Shown here one piece after another: positions 46,982 through 56,186 of a stretch of 62,493 nucleotides of DNA. The DNA is from a virus (taxonomy: Duplodnaviria; Caudoviricetes). The DNA lies in the IMG/VR virus record IMGVR_UViG_3300042934_000841, positions 1 to 62,493 of that record, one strand, 5' to 3'. Under the pieces are notes generated by a model, which was not told the origin of the DNA, searched no databases, and saw nothing but the letters and a program-made list of their open reading frames with translations. The translations under genes were made by a program, and so were the position numbers. The first letter of the stretch is position 1. Each line of letters opens with the position of its first letter.

Positions 46982-47854
46982 CTACTTGTTGCCGCCGTAA
47001 AGGTTACGAATGAGAGCCTCGAGAACGGGGTCTCTCTCCTTAGTGATCGAGTCTACGATGTACGACTTGGTCGTGAGGGGTGTCCAGCTGTTCTTGGTAG
47101 CGATCTCGACCATGTGCTTCCTGATCTTGATGGGGAACGGGCTGAAGAGGTTGGAACCGTCGCCGAACATTTGCACGGTCATGCGGTCAAAGGGGATGTT
47201 TGTGAGTTCCTTGCCGTTATTTAGCTTGGTATACCACATAGCAGGTGGCTTCACAGCGCCTGTGTGCGACTCTACGAGGCTTAGCGACCGGAACTTGTAC
47301 CTTTGTAGCAGGTCGATCGCATAGTTCGTCAGAATGAGCCCTGCGCGGTCGTCCTTGTCAAACTCGATGTCGAACTTCTTGGAGTAGATCCAACCCATCT
47401 TCTCTTCGAAGTCCACCAACGCCTGTTGCTCCCGAAGGAAGGCAATGCCGCCCTTGGTCTCAGGTTTGGTCTCTTTCAGCATGGCGTGCGGGAACAAGCG
47501 CTTTAAGGACTTGTACTCGCAGTAGTAGGGCACGATTTCCACCTTGCCCCCTGTCACCTGCTTGACCGACGCTTCAATGATCTGCAACTCGTTGACCAGC
47601 GTGGCCACGATGTCCTCGGAGGTGAGGATCATGGCGGTGTCAGAATCGACAGCCCCCACGATGTTGCGGATCAGCGTGCGGATGTTAATGTACAGCACTT
47701 CCACCTTGTGAATGATGGGCGACAGGTTCGGATGGTCCTCAAGGATGCCGTAGGCACCCTCAAAGGCCAAGCTGGTGCCGATGGAGACCGGGAGTTGCCC
47801 CAGTTCACGACCTGTCAGCGCTGCTTGTACCCGTTCGTTGTAAGCAGTACTCAT
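46982..47854 (-). CDS. Conserved protein (gp66-like), possible PIN/5'-nuclease fold
   Basis: PVSIGTSLAFE, NIRTLIRN, ESHTG, QMFGD. Confidence 0.65.
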   Translation of the reverse strand: MSTAYNERVQAALTGRELGQLPVSIGTSLAFEGAYGILEDHPNLSPIIHKVEVLYINIRTLIRNIVGAVDSDTAMILTSEDIVATLVNELQIIEASVKQVTGGKVEIVPYYCEYKSLKRLFPHAMLKETKPETKGGIAFLREQQALVDFEEKMGWIYSKKFDIEFDKDDRAGLILTNYAIDLLQRYKFRSLSLVESHTGAVKPPAMWYTKLNNGKELTNIPFDRMTVQMFGDGSNLFSPFPIKIRKHMVEIATKNSWTPLTTKSYIVDSITKERDPVLEALIRNLYGGNK

Positions 47855-49047
47855 GCTGCCCCCGGATAACGGTATTTTTCCAGCATCTGCATCATGTGCT
47901 GCATCTGGTGCGCGTCAGCGTTGGGCAGGACACGAGGTGCCCGGTCCTTGACCAAATGATCGATGTTGGTTGGGGTGATGCTGATGGGCCTCTCGATGGA
48001 TTCGCCGGTCTGTCGAAGCGTCTGGGCCTCGGGTACCTTGAGTTCATCAGCTTGGGTTGTGATCTTGAACTGTGGGAATGCCCGGCGAATCTCGCGCACA
48101 TCCCGGAACAGCTCACTCTCACGCTGGATAAGGAACCGCAAGGCGGTGCCGTGGCGCAGGTCTTCAATGGAGCGCATGTACTTGAACAGCTCTTCCACCG
48201 TCATTTCCCGGCAGTCAACCGTCATGTACAGCTTGGCGTCCTTATTCTCCACAAAGTGCGAGTGATTGCCTTTGGGGGAGATGGTCAGGCGGTAATGCCC
48301 TTTCGCCGACTCCTCGCCATGACTCAGCCGGTCGAACGACCCTTGAGCATGGATGATGCCTTTCTTGGAGCGGATGTGCACGTGACCAATGACAATGAAG
48401 TGATTCACGATCGACTGGTAGCGCTCAGCGCTGTGGTTCTTGATGGACTCAATCGGCAACTGGTAATCGAACGCCCCGTGCATACAGGCCACGTCGACCT
48501 TCTCCAGCCCGTGTTCCTTGAGCAAGTCACACACTTGCAGCCACGTCACGTTCGCGTCGTGGTTCCACTCATCCGGCACGTACAGCACGGTCAAGCCACC
48601 CAGTTCCTCGATGGTCTCGATCGACAGGGTCTCAACGTACTTAAGGTTGGCCGGTTGTTTCAAGCCTGCGTTGATGTTGGCAAACTGGCGAGACTGTTTC
48701 CAGTCATGGCTCGGTGTGCCTTCGAGCACGCGCAGGATGATGTTGTACTTGACGCACAGGTGCAGCAGCCACGCAATCCATTCCTGAATGGCGTCTACTT
48801 CCTCCTGTGGCAGCGTCAGAAGCCGATCGAAGACGTCCCCGGCCAAAAGGATCAAGTCCAGTTTGGCTGTCTCCTCGTTGTCCGGGAAGGCCTTGTACAG
48901 ATTGTCGACAATGGCAAGTGTTTCGGTACGCGGGTGACCCAGGTGAATGTCTGAGACCGAGGCAATGTTGATATCGCCGGACTTGGTGATCCCAGAGCCC
49001 TTGCGTACTGCTTCACATAGCTTCGAAGTCGTCGTCTGCAATGTCAT
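47851..49047 (-). CDS. SbcD/Mre11-like metallophosphoesterase nuclease (gp65-like)
   Basis: SDIHLG, AGDVFD, GTPSHD, MHG, GHVH, QGSFDR. Confidence 0.88.
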   Translation of the reverse strand: MTLQTTTSKLCEAVRKGSGITKSGDINIASVSDIHLGHPRTETLAIVDNLYKAFPDNEETAKLDLILLAGDVFDRLLTLPQEEVDAIQEWIAWLLHLCVKYNIILRVLEGTPSHDWKQSRQFANINAGLKQPANLKYVETLSIETIEELGGLTVLYVPDEWNHDANVTWLQVCDLLKEHGLEKVDVACMHGAFDYQLPIESIKNHSAERYQSIVNHFIVIGHVHIRSKKGIIHAQGSFDRLSHGEESAKGHYRLTISPKGNHSHFVENKDAKLYMTVDCREMTVEELFKYMRSIEDLRHGTALRFLIQRESELFRDVREIRRAFPQFKITTQADELKVPEAQTLRQTGESIERPISITPTNIDHLVKDRAPRVLPNADAHQMQHMMQMLEKYRYPGAA

Positions 49048-49603
49048 GGTTGATGTTACCGCTTGGAGCCGCCTCTGCCTTCTTGGCCTCGTTCGGGATC
49101 TGAGCATCCAGCACGGCACCTTTCTCACCGAACAAACGCTCGAGTGGGATGTTGTACCGGCGATAGATGTTGATCCACATGCGGGCGTAGAGATACATGA
49201 GGGACTGTTCTGGTGAATAGCTGCGGGAGACGAGGCTGGCAAAGTACCATTCGTTCACCACATGTGAGGGCTCGTTGCCGATGCGCATGTCGTAAATCGC
49301 GCCGATCTCACCCAGATCATTGTCCGGGTTTGTATCTTTTTCCGGCACCGCCGTGGGAGAACGGGACAGGATAGGCGGAACTGTGAACAGAACCACGCCA
49401 TTGCGGTCCACAACGTCGATCAGGCGCTGTGCGTGACCGGCTGCTTCCACCCAGATGGTCATGTCCTTCGGACGCTTGCTTGGCTCTTCTGGAGGGATCA
49501 GGTGCGGCAGCAGACGTTTGACAAAGTCATTCTCCTGCATGATTGCGTGTTCTTCTTTACCCAGATCGTCCAACGCGGCGAAGTCTTCTTCGTGCAGTTG
49601 CAT
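49013..49603 (-). CDS. Conserved hypothetical protein (gp64-like)
   Basis: Start MQLHEED with GAGG RBS; VLFTVPP motif; acidic tail. Confidence 0.7.
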   Translation of the reverse strand: MQLHEEDFAALDDLGKEEHAIMQENDFVKRLLPHLIPPEEPSKRPKDMTIWVEAAGHAQRLIDVVDRNGVVLFTVPPILSRSPTAVPEKDTNPDNDLGEIGAIYDMRIGNEPSHVVNEWYFASLVSRSYSPEQSLMYLYARMWINIYRRYNIPLERLFGEKGAVLDAQIPNEAKKAEAAPSGNINHDIADDDFEAM

Positions 49604-49626
49604 ACACACCTCTGCTAAGGGAATAA

Positions 49627-49663
49627 AGAGGCACTGGGCCACCCGGCCCAGTGCTCTATGCCG
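49627..49663. terminator. Terminator
   Basis: GCACTGGGCC-ACCC-GGCCCAGTGC followed by TCTATGCCG. Confidence 0.8.
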
Positions 49664-49665
49664 GT

Positions 49666-50871
49666 TTAGGCCACAGCCGCTTCAGCGGTCTGCTCGACCG
49701 GTGCAACAGCCACTACGCTTTCACGCATCATGGCACCACCACGGGTCATGGTCACGATGTCGCCACGTTGCAGGTCCTGCGCCAGTTTGGTCACAGTGCC
49801 GGTTTCGGTGGTGACTTCGAACGAGGTGTCGTAGTCGGTGTTCTGACTGATGGTCGGTGCGTCAGCGTCGACTTCACCGCTCAGTGGCAGCGGTTTGAAA
49901 GTGATCGCCACCTGGGCTTTCTGAAGCGCGATGCCGCCATCGATCGGGCCTTCGCCCGGCTCGAGGGTGTCAGCACCAGCAGTGCCTTCGCCCGGTTCTA
50001 CCGAAGCAGGGTCAGCTTCTGGCTCAGCCGCAGGCAGGTCGGTGGCAGGTGCGCCAGTCGGTTCGTTTTCGGCAGCGACTTTCCAGTCGGAGGCGTTTTC
50101 AATCGACCTGACGGTGCCTTTGTAGGTCACTTCGCCTTGAGCCGGGACGTAGGTGAACTTGTCGCCCACTTCCAGCTGCGCTGCGATGATTTCCGCGGTG
50201 AGGTCACCACGGTAGACTTCGATGATTGCGTCGCCTTGAACCATCAGGCCGTTTTCCAGCACGCCTTCTTCTTCAACGTGGACGAGGAAGGTCAGGTCTG
50301 CCGGGTTAACGGTATCCTGTTCTTCGTCGATCGCAGGACCGGCTTGAGCGGCCAGTTCACGGGCCAGCTTTTCACGCGACTGTTGCAGGGTCACGGTGTC
50401 GGTGATGTAGTACACACGACCGGCGATGGCGCCGAAGGCGGCCAGCAGTTCGGTGAACGAGCCCAGGATGCCGCGCTCTTCGAACTCGGCGTTGGCCGAT
50501 TCCCACGAAGCACCAGCGTTCTTGGCGCCTTTGAGTTGCTGAGCGATTTCGATCGAGCCGTCTTCGTTCAGGATCGCGCGCAGGGCACCGGGGATGTAGC
50601 CTTCGACCACAGTCAGCTCAGGCGCACGGTCTTGCGAAGCGCGGGCCTTGAAGGCCAGGGCATTGGCAGCGGCGATCAGCACGGTGTGGGCGATCGAATC
50701 GACCATGACCGGGTTGGTGAAGAGGCTTTGAATCTGGGTCGCCACGACGTTGACGACGCCTTGTTGCAGGTTCTCGAGCTGGGCTTTCAGCTGAGGGATC
50801 TGCTTGTTCTCTTCTTCCAGAGCGTGGATACGTTGCAGGATCTCTGCGGTCTGGCTGAGTTTCTCGGACAT
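49666..50871 (-). CDS. Acidic protein with N-terminal coiled coil (gp63 position)
   Basis: 401 aa; GGAGA RBS; strong codon bias. Confidence 0.75.
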   Translation of the reverse strand: MSEKLSQTAEILQRIHALEEENKQIPQLKAQLENLQQGVVNVVATQIQSLFTNPVMVDSIAHTVLIAAANALAFKARASQDRAPELTVVEGYIPGALRAILNEDGSIEIAQQLKGAKNAGASWESANAEFEERGILGSFTELLAAFGAIAGRVYYITDTVTLQQSREKLARELAAQAGPAIDEEQDTVNPADLTFLVHVEEEGVLENGLMVQGDAIIEVYRGDLTAEIIAAQLEVGDKFTYVPAQGEVTYKGTVRSIENASDWKVAAENEPTGAPATDLPAAEPEADPASVEPGEGTAGADTLEPGEGPIDGGIALQKAQVAITFKPLPLSGEVDADAPTISQNTDYDTSFEVTTETGTVTKLAQDLQRGDIVTMTRGGAMMRESVVAVAPVEQTAEAAVA

Positions 50872-50891
50872 CGGGTGTTTCTCCGTTGGGT

Positions 50892-51317
50892 TTAATTGAA
50901 CAGGTCGGCGTTGATGATCTCTTTGCCATCGTTCTGCAAATCGATAATCGCCTTGATTCTTGAATTGGTAGCGGACACGCTGTGAGCAATGTTCACTTCG
51001 TTATTTCCGTCTCGTAAGATAGCGTAGATCTGTAAATCAATACCCGATCCAGGCGTATCCACGGCTTTTACGTTCAACGTGGCTTCATCAAACTGCCGGT
51101 CGAAGTAGTCTTGCAGCAGCTGGGAGGTTTCCTCTTGCAGCTTGCGGGTGTTGTCACCGAAGCGACGCACCAGATCAGACAGGCTCACCAATTGGCCCCG
51201 GAAGGAGTCCGTCTGGCTGCGCTGTGTGATATAGAAGTTGGACATGGCTTGGTCGACCTTGATGATCAGATCCGTCACAAAGCCATTGGGGTCGAGTACA
51301 GGGATTACTTTAGCCAT
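50892..51317 (-). CDS. Conserved protein (gp62-like)
   Basis: Start MAKVIP with GGAG RBS; TATG upstream. Confidence 0.65.
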   Translation of the reverse strand: MAKVIPVLDPNGFVTDLIIKVDQAMSNFYITQRSQTDSFRGQLVSLSDLVRRFGDNTRKLQEETSQLLQDYFDRQFDEATLNVKAVDTPGSGIDLQIYAILRDGNNEVNIAHSVSATNSRIKAIIDLQNDGKEIINADLFN

Positions 51318-51390
51318 GGGACACTCCAAAGAAAAAGGTGCCCGAGGTGAATACGGCACACATACCATCTAAGGCATGTGCACCGTTTCA

Positions 51391-51681
51391 TTAGCAGCGT
51401 GGCGCTGACGCAATGATCTGGTGCCCGGTGACGTGCGGGTTTTGCTCCGCTATCTCCAGGATCAGGTCACCTTCATCAGCACGGCGCGGTGTGTTTTCCT
51501 TGCTCAGCAGACTGTAGTCCACCGAACCGTTGTGCTCCTGCATGTACGTGATTTGTTGAAACGTGTTGGTCAATGCCCAGTCCAGCAATGCCTTGGGACT
51601 GTTCTTCAGCTCTTCGGGCAGGGTGTCGAAGCGGGCATTGATCAGATCTTCGATGACACGCATCTCTGACGGTCGAATCAT
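51391..51681 (-). CDS. Hypothetical protein
   Basis: 96 aa; GGAG RBS. Confidence 0.65.
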   Translation of the reverse strand: MIRPSEMRVIEDLINARFDTLPEELKNSPKALLDWALTNTFQQITYMQEHNGSVDYSLLSKENTPRRADEGDLILEIAEQNPHVTGHQIIASAPRC

Positions 51682-51726
51682 GGTGCAGCTCCAGGGGTTG
51701 AGGAGGCCGAAGCCTCCTACTTAGGG

Positions 51727-52350
51727 TTACAGGGAACCGTTGTTACGGTCGGACGGGTCGTCCTTACCTTCGGCGATGATGGCTTCCAGGTTGGCCCAGA
51801 TCACATCACGAATCAGCGTCTGATCACCGAACTTCAGCTCTTCGCGGTAGTCGGCATCGTAGCAATCCATGTACTGCGTGAACGTGGTGTGACCGTGCTC
51901 ATCGGTCGCTGCCAAGCCATTGACCACACGGCGGTAGTCAGAGTGCTGTTCACCGAAGCGGCCTTTCTCCACGTCGATGTACGTTTCCTTCCAGCCGTGC
52001 ATGCGATCCGCTGCGACAAGGCGGCGGGTCTTGGTGTTAGCCATGCACCAGCGCTGCATGTTCAAGCCAGCTTGCTGGAACTGACCGATCCGGCTGATCG
52101 GTCGGATGCTGTCATCATCGAACGCGTGGCGGACTTTACGCTTGAGGGCATCAAGCTTACGGTCCAGCGCGTGCAGGTCGAACGAATCAAACCGTTCCCG
52201 TGCTCGTTCCAAGAAGGCCGCGCCGGATTTACCGAGTCGGGTTGCTGCCGACTCGATGTGGCTCCGGAGGAAATCACGGTCGTCGGACCGAGGAGAACCA
52301 TAAGCCAATGACCGAAACACATTGTCATCAGCGTAGACGGCAATTGCCAT
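51727..52350 (-). CDS. Conserved protein (gp59/Imp3-like)
   Basis: 207 aa; MQRWCMAN, DYRRVVNG, DDPSD; follows the nvRNAP beta' gene. Confidence 0.65.
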   Translation of the reverse strand: MAIAVYADDNVFRSLAYGSPRSDDRDFLRSHIESAATRLGKSGAAFLERARERFDSFDLHALDRKLDALKRKVRHAFDDDSIRPISRIGQFQQAGLNMQRWCMANTKTRRLVAADRMHGWKETYIDVEKGRFGEQHSDYRRVVNGLAATDEHGHTTFTQYMDCYDADYREELKFGDQTLIRDVIWANLEAIIAEGKDDPSDRNNGSL

Positions 52351-52365
52351 TGTCTGATCTCCACA

Positions 52366-53859
52366 TTAGATTGAAATTTCATCCCCTTCGATGATCCAGT
52401 TCACGATTGTCGCAACCAGTGGCGGCGGCAGGGTCGAGTTACGGGATACGGTGAAAGGTTTGTTCAGGTCCATGATGCCAGTGTACGGGGCAAGGCGGTC
52501 GAGGGAATCGGCGTTCTTGTTGTCCAGTGGCAGCTCACCCCACAAGGCGTCGCCGTCAAAGTCGGCGTTCTTGTCGATGAGGTTCAGCGGCGACAGAGAG
52601 ATCGTGTTGTCTGACGGATCATTCTTGATCGACTCGATCCCGTTGCACCCAATCGAACCCCGGCGCAGCGTAGGGTTACGACCAAAAGCCGTTGGGATAC
52701 GGCCATCACGGGATTCGTCGATCAATTCCTTGAACAACGCTTCCAAGTGCGGGTGGTGTCGCAGGGTGTTCTCGTACATCAGGGCCATCAGCTCGTTCGG
52801 CGTGAAACGCTGCTTGAGGAGCTTGTTGGTCAGGTGGACTTTGAACAGGAGCACCGACAGCGACCACGGCATGTCAATGCCATCGTAGTTGTGCGGCTTC
52901 TGCCGGGAGGTGATAACGCCCCGGAAGGTGAAGTGAGGACGGGTGCCGTACACCAGCTTACGGGCAATCCCCGGCTTCTTAAACGCAGTCTCGCTTTCGA
53001 ATTCTCGGTAGAACTCGACCAGCTTGCACATGGCGCGGACACACCGGCTTTCCTTACGCAACTGCGTAGGTTCACCGCGTTCGTCGTAGTCGTGCTCGTG
53101 CGAAGCCTTCTTGCGCTTTTGCTTCTGGTAGATGCCTACAATCGTCCAGATCGCGTCAATGGCCGGGGCCATCTTGTGGTCTGCACTGACTTTGCCGTTG
53201 TTCGTCTCGGTGATGAAGCCCATCTTGGACGGGAATGGCAGCACCGTAGTGAACGTCAGCGGCAGGTTCTCCATCAGGAAGCTGAAGATCTTCTTGCGAC
53301 GACGTGCGTTACCTGGGAACAGGTTCTTCTTGAACAGGAGGTGAATGATCTCCTCGTAGTTGTTCACGAAGTTGTTGTAGCCCCGCGGAATCCCCAGCGA
53401 CTCGAGCTTGCGCATCTTGTCAACCGGTTCTTTGTTCTGCGGGTGGTAGAACACGTTCGTCAGGTACTCAAGCAGGCTAAAGCCCGAATACGTGAGGTTC
53501 TTGTTCAGAATCCGCCAGATCTGCAAGTTGAAGAACGCAGGAACGCCGTCCGGCACCTTGATCCACAGGATAGACTCCAGCGGTTTCTCAGTAACGGGTA
53601 GGCAGACGGTACGACAGATTTTACAACGGATGCCGAGGTTGTCTTCGCCGGTAACAGCTTCAGGACCGGTGCAACCACAGCGCGGTACGTTGGACAGTGT
53701 ATCGCCATCGTACTTGGTATAGATGAGGGAGTTGAGCCGCTCCCGCTCAGATTCAAGCGAGATGTCAAACTCGTTAACGTGGATAGGCTCTTGGTTCAGA
53801 CCACGGTAGGCTCGCTCGTAGTCAAAGATCTTGAAATAGACCCCATTACGATTTTTCAA
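52366..53859 (-). CDS. Non-virion RNAP beta' N/middle subunit with catalytic loop (gp55-like)
   Basis: NADFDGD, RNPTLRRGS, N-terminal Cys cluster; TTG start is inferred. Confidence 0.92.
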   Translation of the reverse strand: MKNRNGVYFKIFDYERAYRGLNQEPIHVNEFDISLESERERLNSLIYTKYDGDTLSNVPRCGCTGPEAVTGEDNLGIRCKICRTVCLPVTEKPLESILWIKVPDGVPAFFNLQIWRILNKNLTYSGFSLLEYLTNVFYHPQNKEPVDKMRKLESLGIPRGYNNFVNNYEEIIHLLFKKNLFPGNARRRKKIFSFLMENLPLTFTTVLPFPSKMGFITETNNGKVSADHKMAPAIDAIWTIVGIYQKQKRKKASHEHDYDERGEPTQLRKESRCVRAMCKLVEFYREFESETAFKKPGIARKLVYGTRPHFTFRGVITSRQKPHNYDGIDMPWSLSVLLFKVHLTNKLLKQRFTPNELMALMYENTLRHHPHLEALFKELIDESRDGRIPTAFGRNPTLRRGSIGCNGIESIKNDPSDNTISLSPLNLIDKNADFDGDALWGELPLDNKNADSLDRLAPYTGIMDLNKPFTVSRNSTLPPPLVATIVNWIIEGDEISI

Positions 53860-53875
53860 TCCGACCACCCTTAGC

Positions 53876-53918
53876 GCATAAAAAGAAAGGGCACAGACAA
53901 GGGGAGCCGAGGCTCCCC
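53876..53918 (-). terminator. Terminator after chmA
   Basis: GGGGAGCC-GA-GGCTCCCC with T-rich tail ending TTTTATGC on the minus strand. Confidence 0.75.
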
Positions 53919-53944
53919 CTGAATGCACTTTGCTGCACTAGGCC

Positions 53945-55846
53945 TTAGTAGTTACGACGGCCCAGGCCGTTGCCCAGAGGCGAACGACGGTTGTTGCGGT
54001 TGCCACCCACATCGCGAGCGCGGTTGAAGATACCGCCAGATACGTCGCCAGCGGCGAAGGTCTGGATGCGGCTGTTGCCACGCAGGCGACGGTTGCCGAA
54101 CGAGTACATGGTTTGGTTCTGATCGATGCCGACGTTGCAGTCGTCAACGGCCAGTGCCAGAGCCTGGATCGCGTCCGGGTTCACGTACAGCAGGTTCACG
54201 TAGCGAGCGAACTGGACGTTGTTGCCCAGTACCGATTGCAGCATGCGGGTTTGCTCGCTGACACGAACTTCCCAGTCCAGATCGACGTTGTCGAAGGTTT
54301 CCTGCCAGTCGATGGCCAGGTTCGGATCTTCGTTGCCGGTCTGTACCAACCAACGCAGCATGTCGAAATCGCGCAGGTCGCGAGTTTCGCCTTGGTCGTC
54401 GACGTAGGTACCGGACAGGTAGCGAGCACCCGACAGGCTGACGAACTTCTGCACGCCCAGATCGTTCGCACGACGGGTGAAGTTGCCCAGGGTCAGGCGG
54501 TCAGCGTAGTCCCACAGACGGTCTTCCGACGCACGGTCGCCTTGTGCAGCAGCCCACAGCAGGGAAGTGATCCAGCTGTTGTCGCCACCTTCTTCGACTT
54601 CGATACCCCAAGCCAGCTTCTCGCGAACCAGGCTGAAGAAGTAATCGGACCACTCGTCCAGATCCAGGTTGGTGCGGCTGCCCAGCTCGACGTATTCGCG
54701 AGTAGCGCCATGCAGAGCCAGGTAGCCCACATCGCGGTAGTCGGTCTTGCCACGCTGTTGGTCGTTCGGCAGGAACACTTGTGCCCAGTTCTGGTTACGG
54801 CTGATCACCGAAGCACCGGCCAGGCCGAGCAGCAGCAGCTCTGGAGTGATGGCGTTGCCGCCAGTGTCCAGGTTGTCGATGATGAACACCGGGGTGTAGA
54901 CCTGGGTGTTGTCGCGACGGTTGCGGCTGAAGCCTTCGCCTTCGCTGTCCGGCGAGTAGACCAGGTTCACGTAGCCGCCGACGGTGGTCAGGCGGTTGCG
55001 AACTTGCTGATCTTCCATCTGGATGGTGCCGCTGATGTTCACGACCAGATCGGAACGGCGTGGCAGTTGGTCAGCGGTCTGCACTTCGCGGCCCGAGACG
55101 TCGACGCTGATGTCCAGGTTCTCACCCTTGGCCAGCCACTCGAGGTCGAAGTACAGCTCTTGGTCGGTGTCGTTCACGACCATGGCGTTCAGGGAAGCCA
55201 GGGCGTAGAACGCGATTGCACGGACCGACGCGTTGTCTTTCAAGCTGAAGTCAACCAGCTTGGAAACGGTACGCCAGCCAGCGTCAACCACTTCGACCTG
55301 ACGACGGTTGTCGCTGAAGTGCTTGGCGACGATGTCGCTGGCAGTTTTCAGGTAGCCGTCGGTGACGAAGTCGCCAACCACGCCTGGGATCGGGTACTGA
55401 CGACGGTTGATGTCGTAAGTCTTGACCGGGATGTCGCCATCGACCGAGCTTTCCAGCACAGCGACGTAGGTGTAGACGTTCAGACGACCGTCTTGTTCGT
55501 TCGGGTAAGCGAAGATCACCGAGGACGCTTGAACGTTGTGCTCGCTGGCTTCCATACCGAGGATAACCAGTTTGTCCAGGGACACGGCGCCGTTGCCGCC
55601 AACGTTCTTTTCAGGCGACAGCCATTCTTTCAGGCTGGTCATGGCGTGAACGAGGGCTTCACCGCCGGTGTTACGGGCCAGAGGGCCGCCGAGCAGACGG
55701 TTAACGTCTTTCAGGGTGCCGCTGCGGCGGGTGGAAGCTTGCTCAGGAGCGGCACTGCGAGTTTCCTCACGGGCTGGGCGCTCTTGACGCTGAGAGTTGT
55801 TGTTCGAACCGGCTGGTTGACCGGTGTCTTTTTCGTTTACAGCCAT
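53945..55846 (-). CDS. chmA: Chimallin, phage nuclear shell protein (gp54-like)
   Basis: 633 aa immediately upstream of nvRNAP beta'; disordered N-terminus; RNTGGE, PRRSDLVV, GGYVNLVY; strong codon bias. Confidence 0.88.
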   Translation of the reverse strand: MAVNEKDTGQPAGSNNNSQRQERPAREETRSAAPEQASTRRSGTLKDVNRLLGGPLARNTGGEALVHAMTSLKEWLSPEKNVGGNGAVSLDKLVILGMEASEHNVQASSVIFAYPNEQDGRLNVYTYVAVLESSVDGDIPVKTYDINRRQYPIPGVVGDFVTDGYLKTASDIVAKHFSDNRRQVEVVDAGWRTVSKLVDFSLKDNASVRAIAFYALASLNAMVVNDTDQELYFDLEWLAKGENLDISVDVSGREVQTADQLPRRSDLVVNISGTIQMEDQQVRNRLTTVGGYVNLVYSPDSEGEGFSRNRRDNTQVYTPVFIIDNLDTGGNAITPELLLLGLAGASVISRNQNWAQVFLPNDQQRGKTDYRDVGYLALHGATREYVELGSRTNLDLDEWSDYFFSLVREKLAWGIEVEEGGDNSWITSLLWAAAQGDRASEDRLWDYADRLTLGNFTRRANDLGVQKFVSLSGARYLSGTYVDDQGETRDLRDFDMLRWLVQTGNEDPNLAIDWQETFDNVDLDWEVRVSEQTRMLQSVLGNNVQFARYVNLLYVNPDAIQALALAVDDCNVGIDQNQTMYSFGNRRLRGNSRIQTFAAGDVSGGIFNRARDVGGNRNNRRSPLGNGLGRRNY

Positions 55847-55920
55847 GGGTGATACTCCTGGGTTGCATGTTTACTAGGGCCTAGTGAACGTCTAGAACAA
55901 TTGTTCCTTGATTCACGTTG

Positions 55921-55928
55921 ATAATGTA
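55921..55928 (-). promoter_or_regulatory. Putative early promoter TACATTAT for chmA
   Basis: Recurrent motif 75 nt upstream of the ATG. Confidence 0.65.
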
Positions 55929-56001
55929 GAGCTGATTAGTTTTTGAATGGAATTCTAATCTGGGCCTCATTACCATCTGCTAGGAAGGTATTAATTAACG
56001 C

Positions 56002-56077
56002 GTGCTCCAGCGAGGGAAAAACCGGATTAGGGTAAAGCCCTCCCATTAGACGATGACCGTTAAGTCACCGGGAGCAC
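56002..56077. ncRNA. Candidate three-way-junction RNA upstream of chmA
   Basis: GTGCTCC/GGAGCAC closing stem enclosing GAGGG/CCCTC and TGAC/GTCA stems. Confidence 0.35.
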
Positions 56078-56186
56078 AACTCCTATACAATAGGGAGTAG
56101 TGTGTTATTTTTTACACGAATACTCTCCTTTACTCGCCATTGCTGGCTAATTGTTTGAGACTCTCAACTAACCTTTGGGTGTAGCC

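Noticed and set aside
36896-53859. Introns, inteins or homing endonucleases in the nvRNAP genes, as in phiKZ
   Set aside because: The ORFs are continuous and of expected length, and no HNH or intein motifs were seen.
32-55852. Long antisense ORFs such as 32..1099, 1782..3146, 9431..11188, 27880..29628, 38999..40672 and 54113..55852
   Set aside because: They mirror strongly codon-biased real genes on the opposite strand, and have no motifs or RBS.
56002-56077. Twister or hammerhead ribozyme
   Set aside because: GGGTAAAGCCCT only superficially resembles the twister core; the required pseudoknots and a CUGANGA core were not found.
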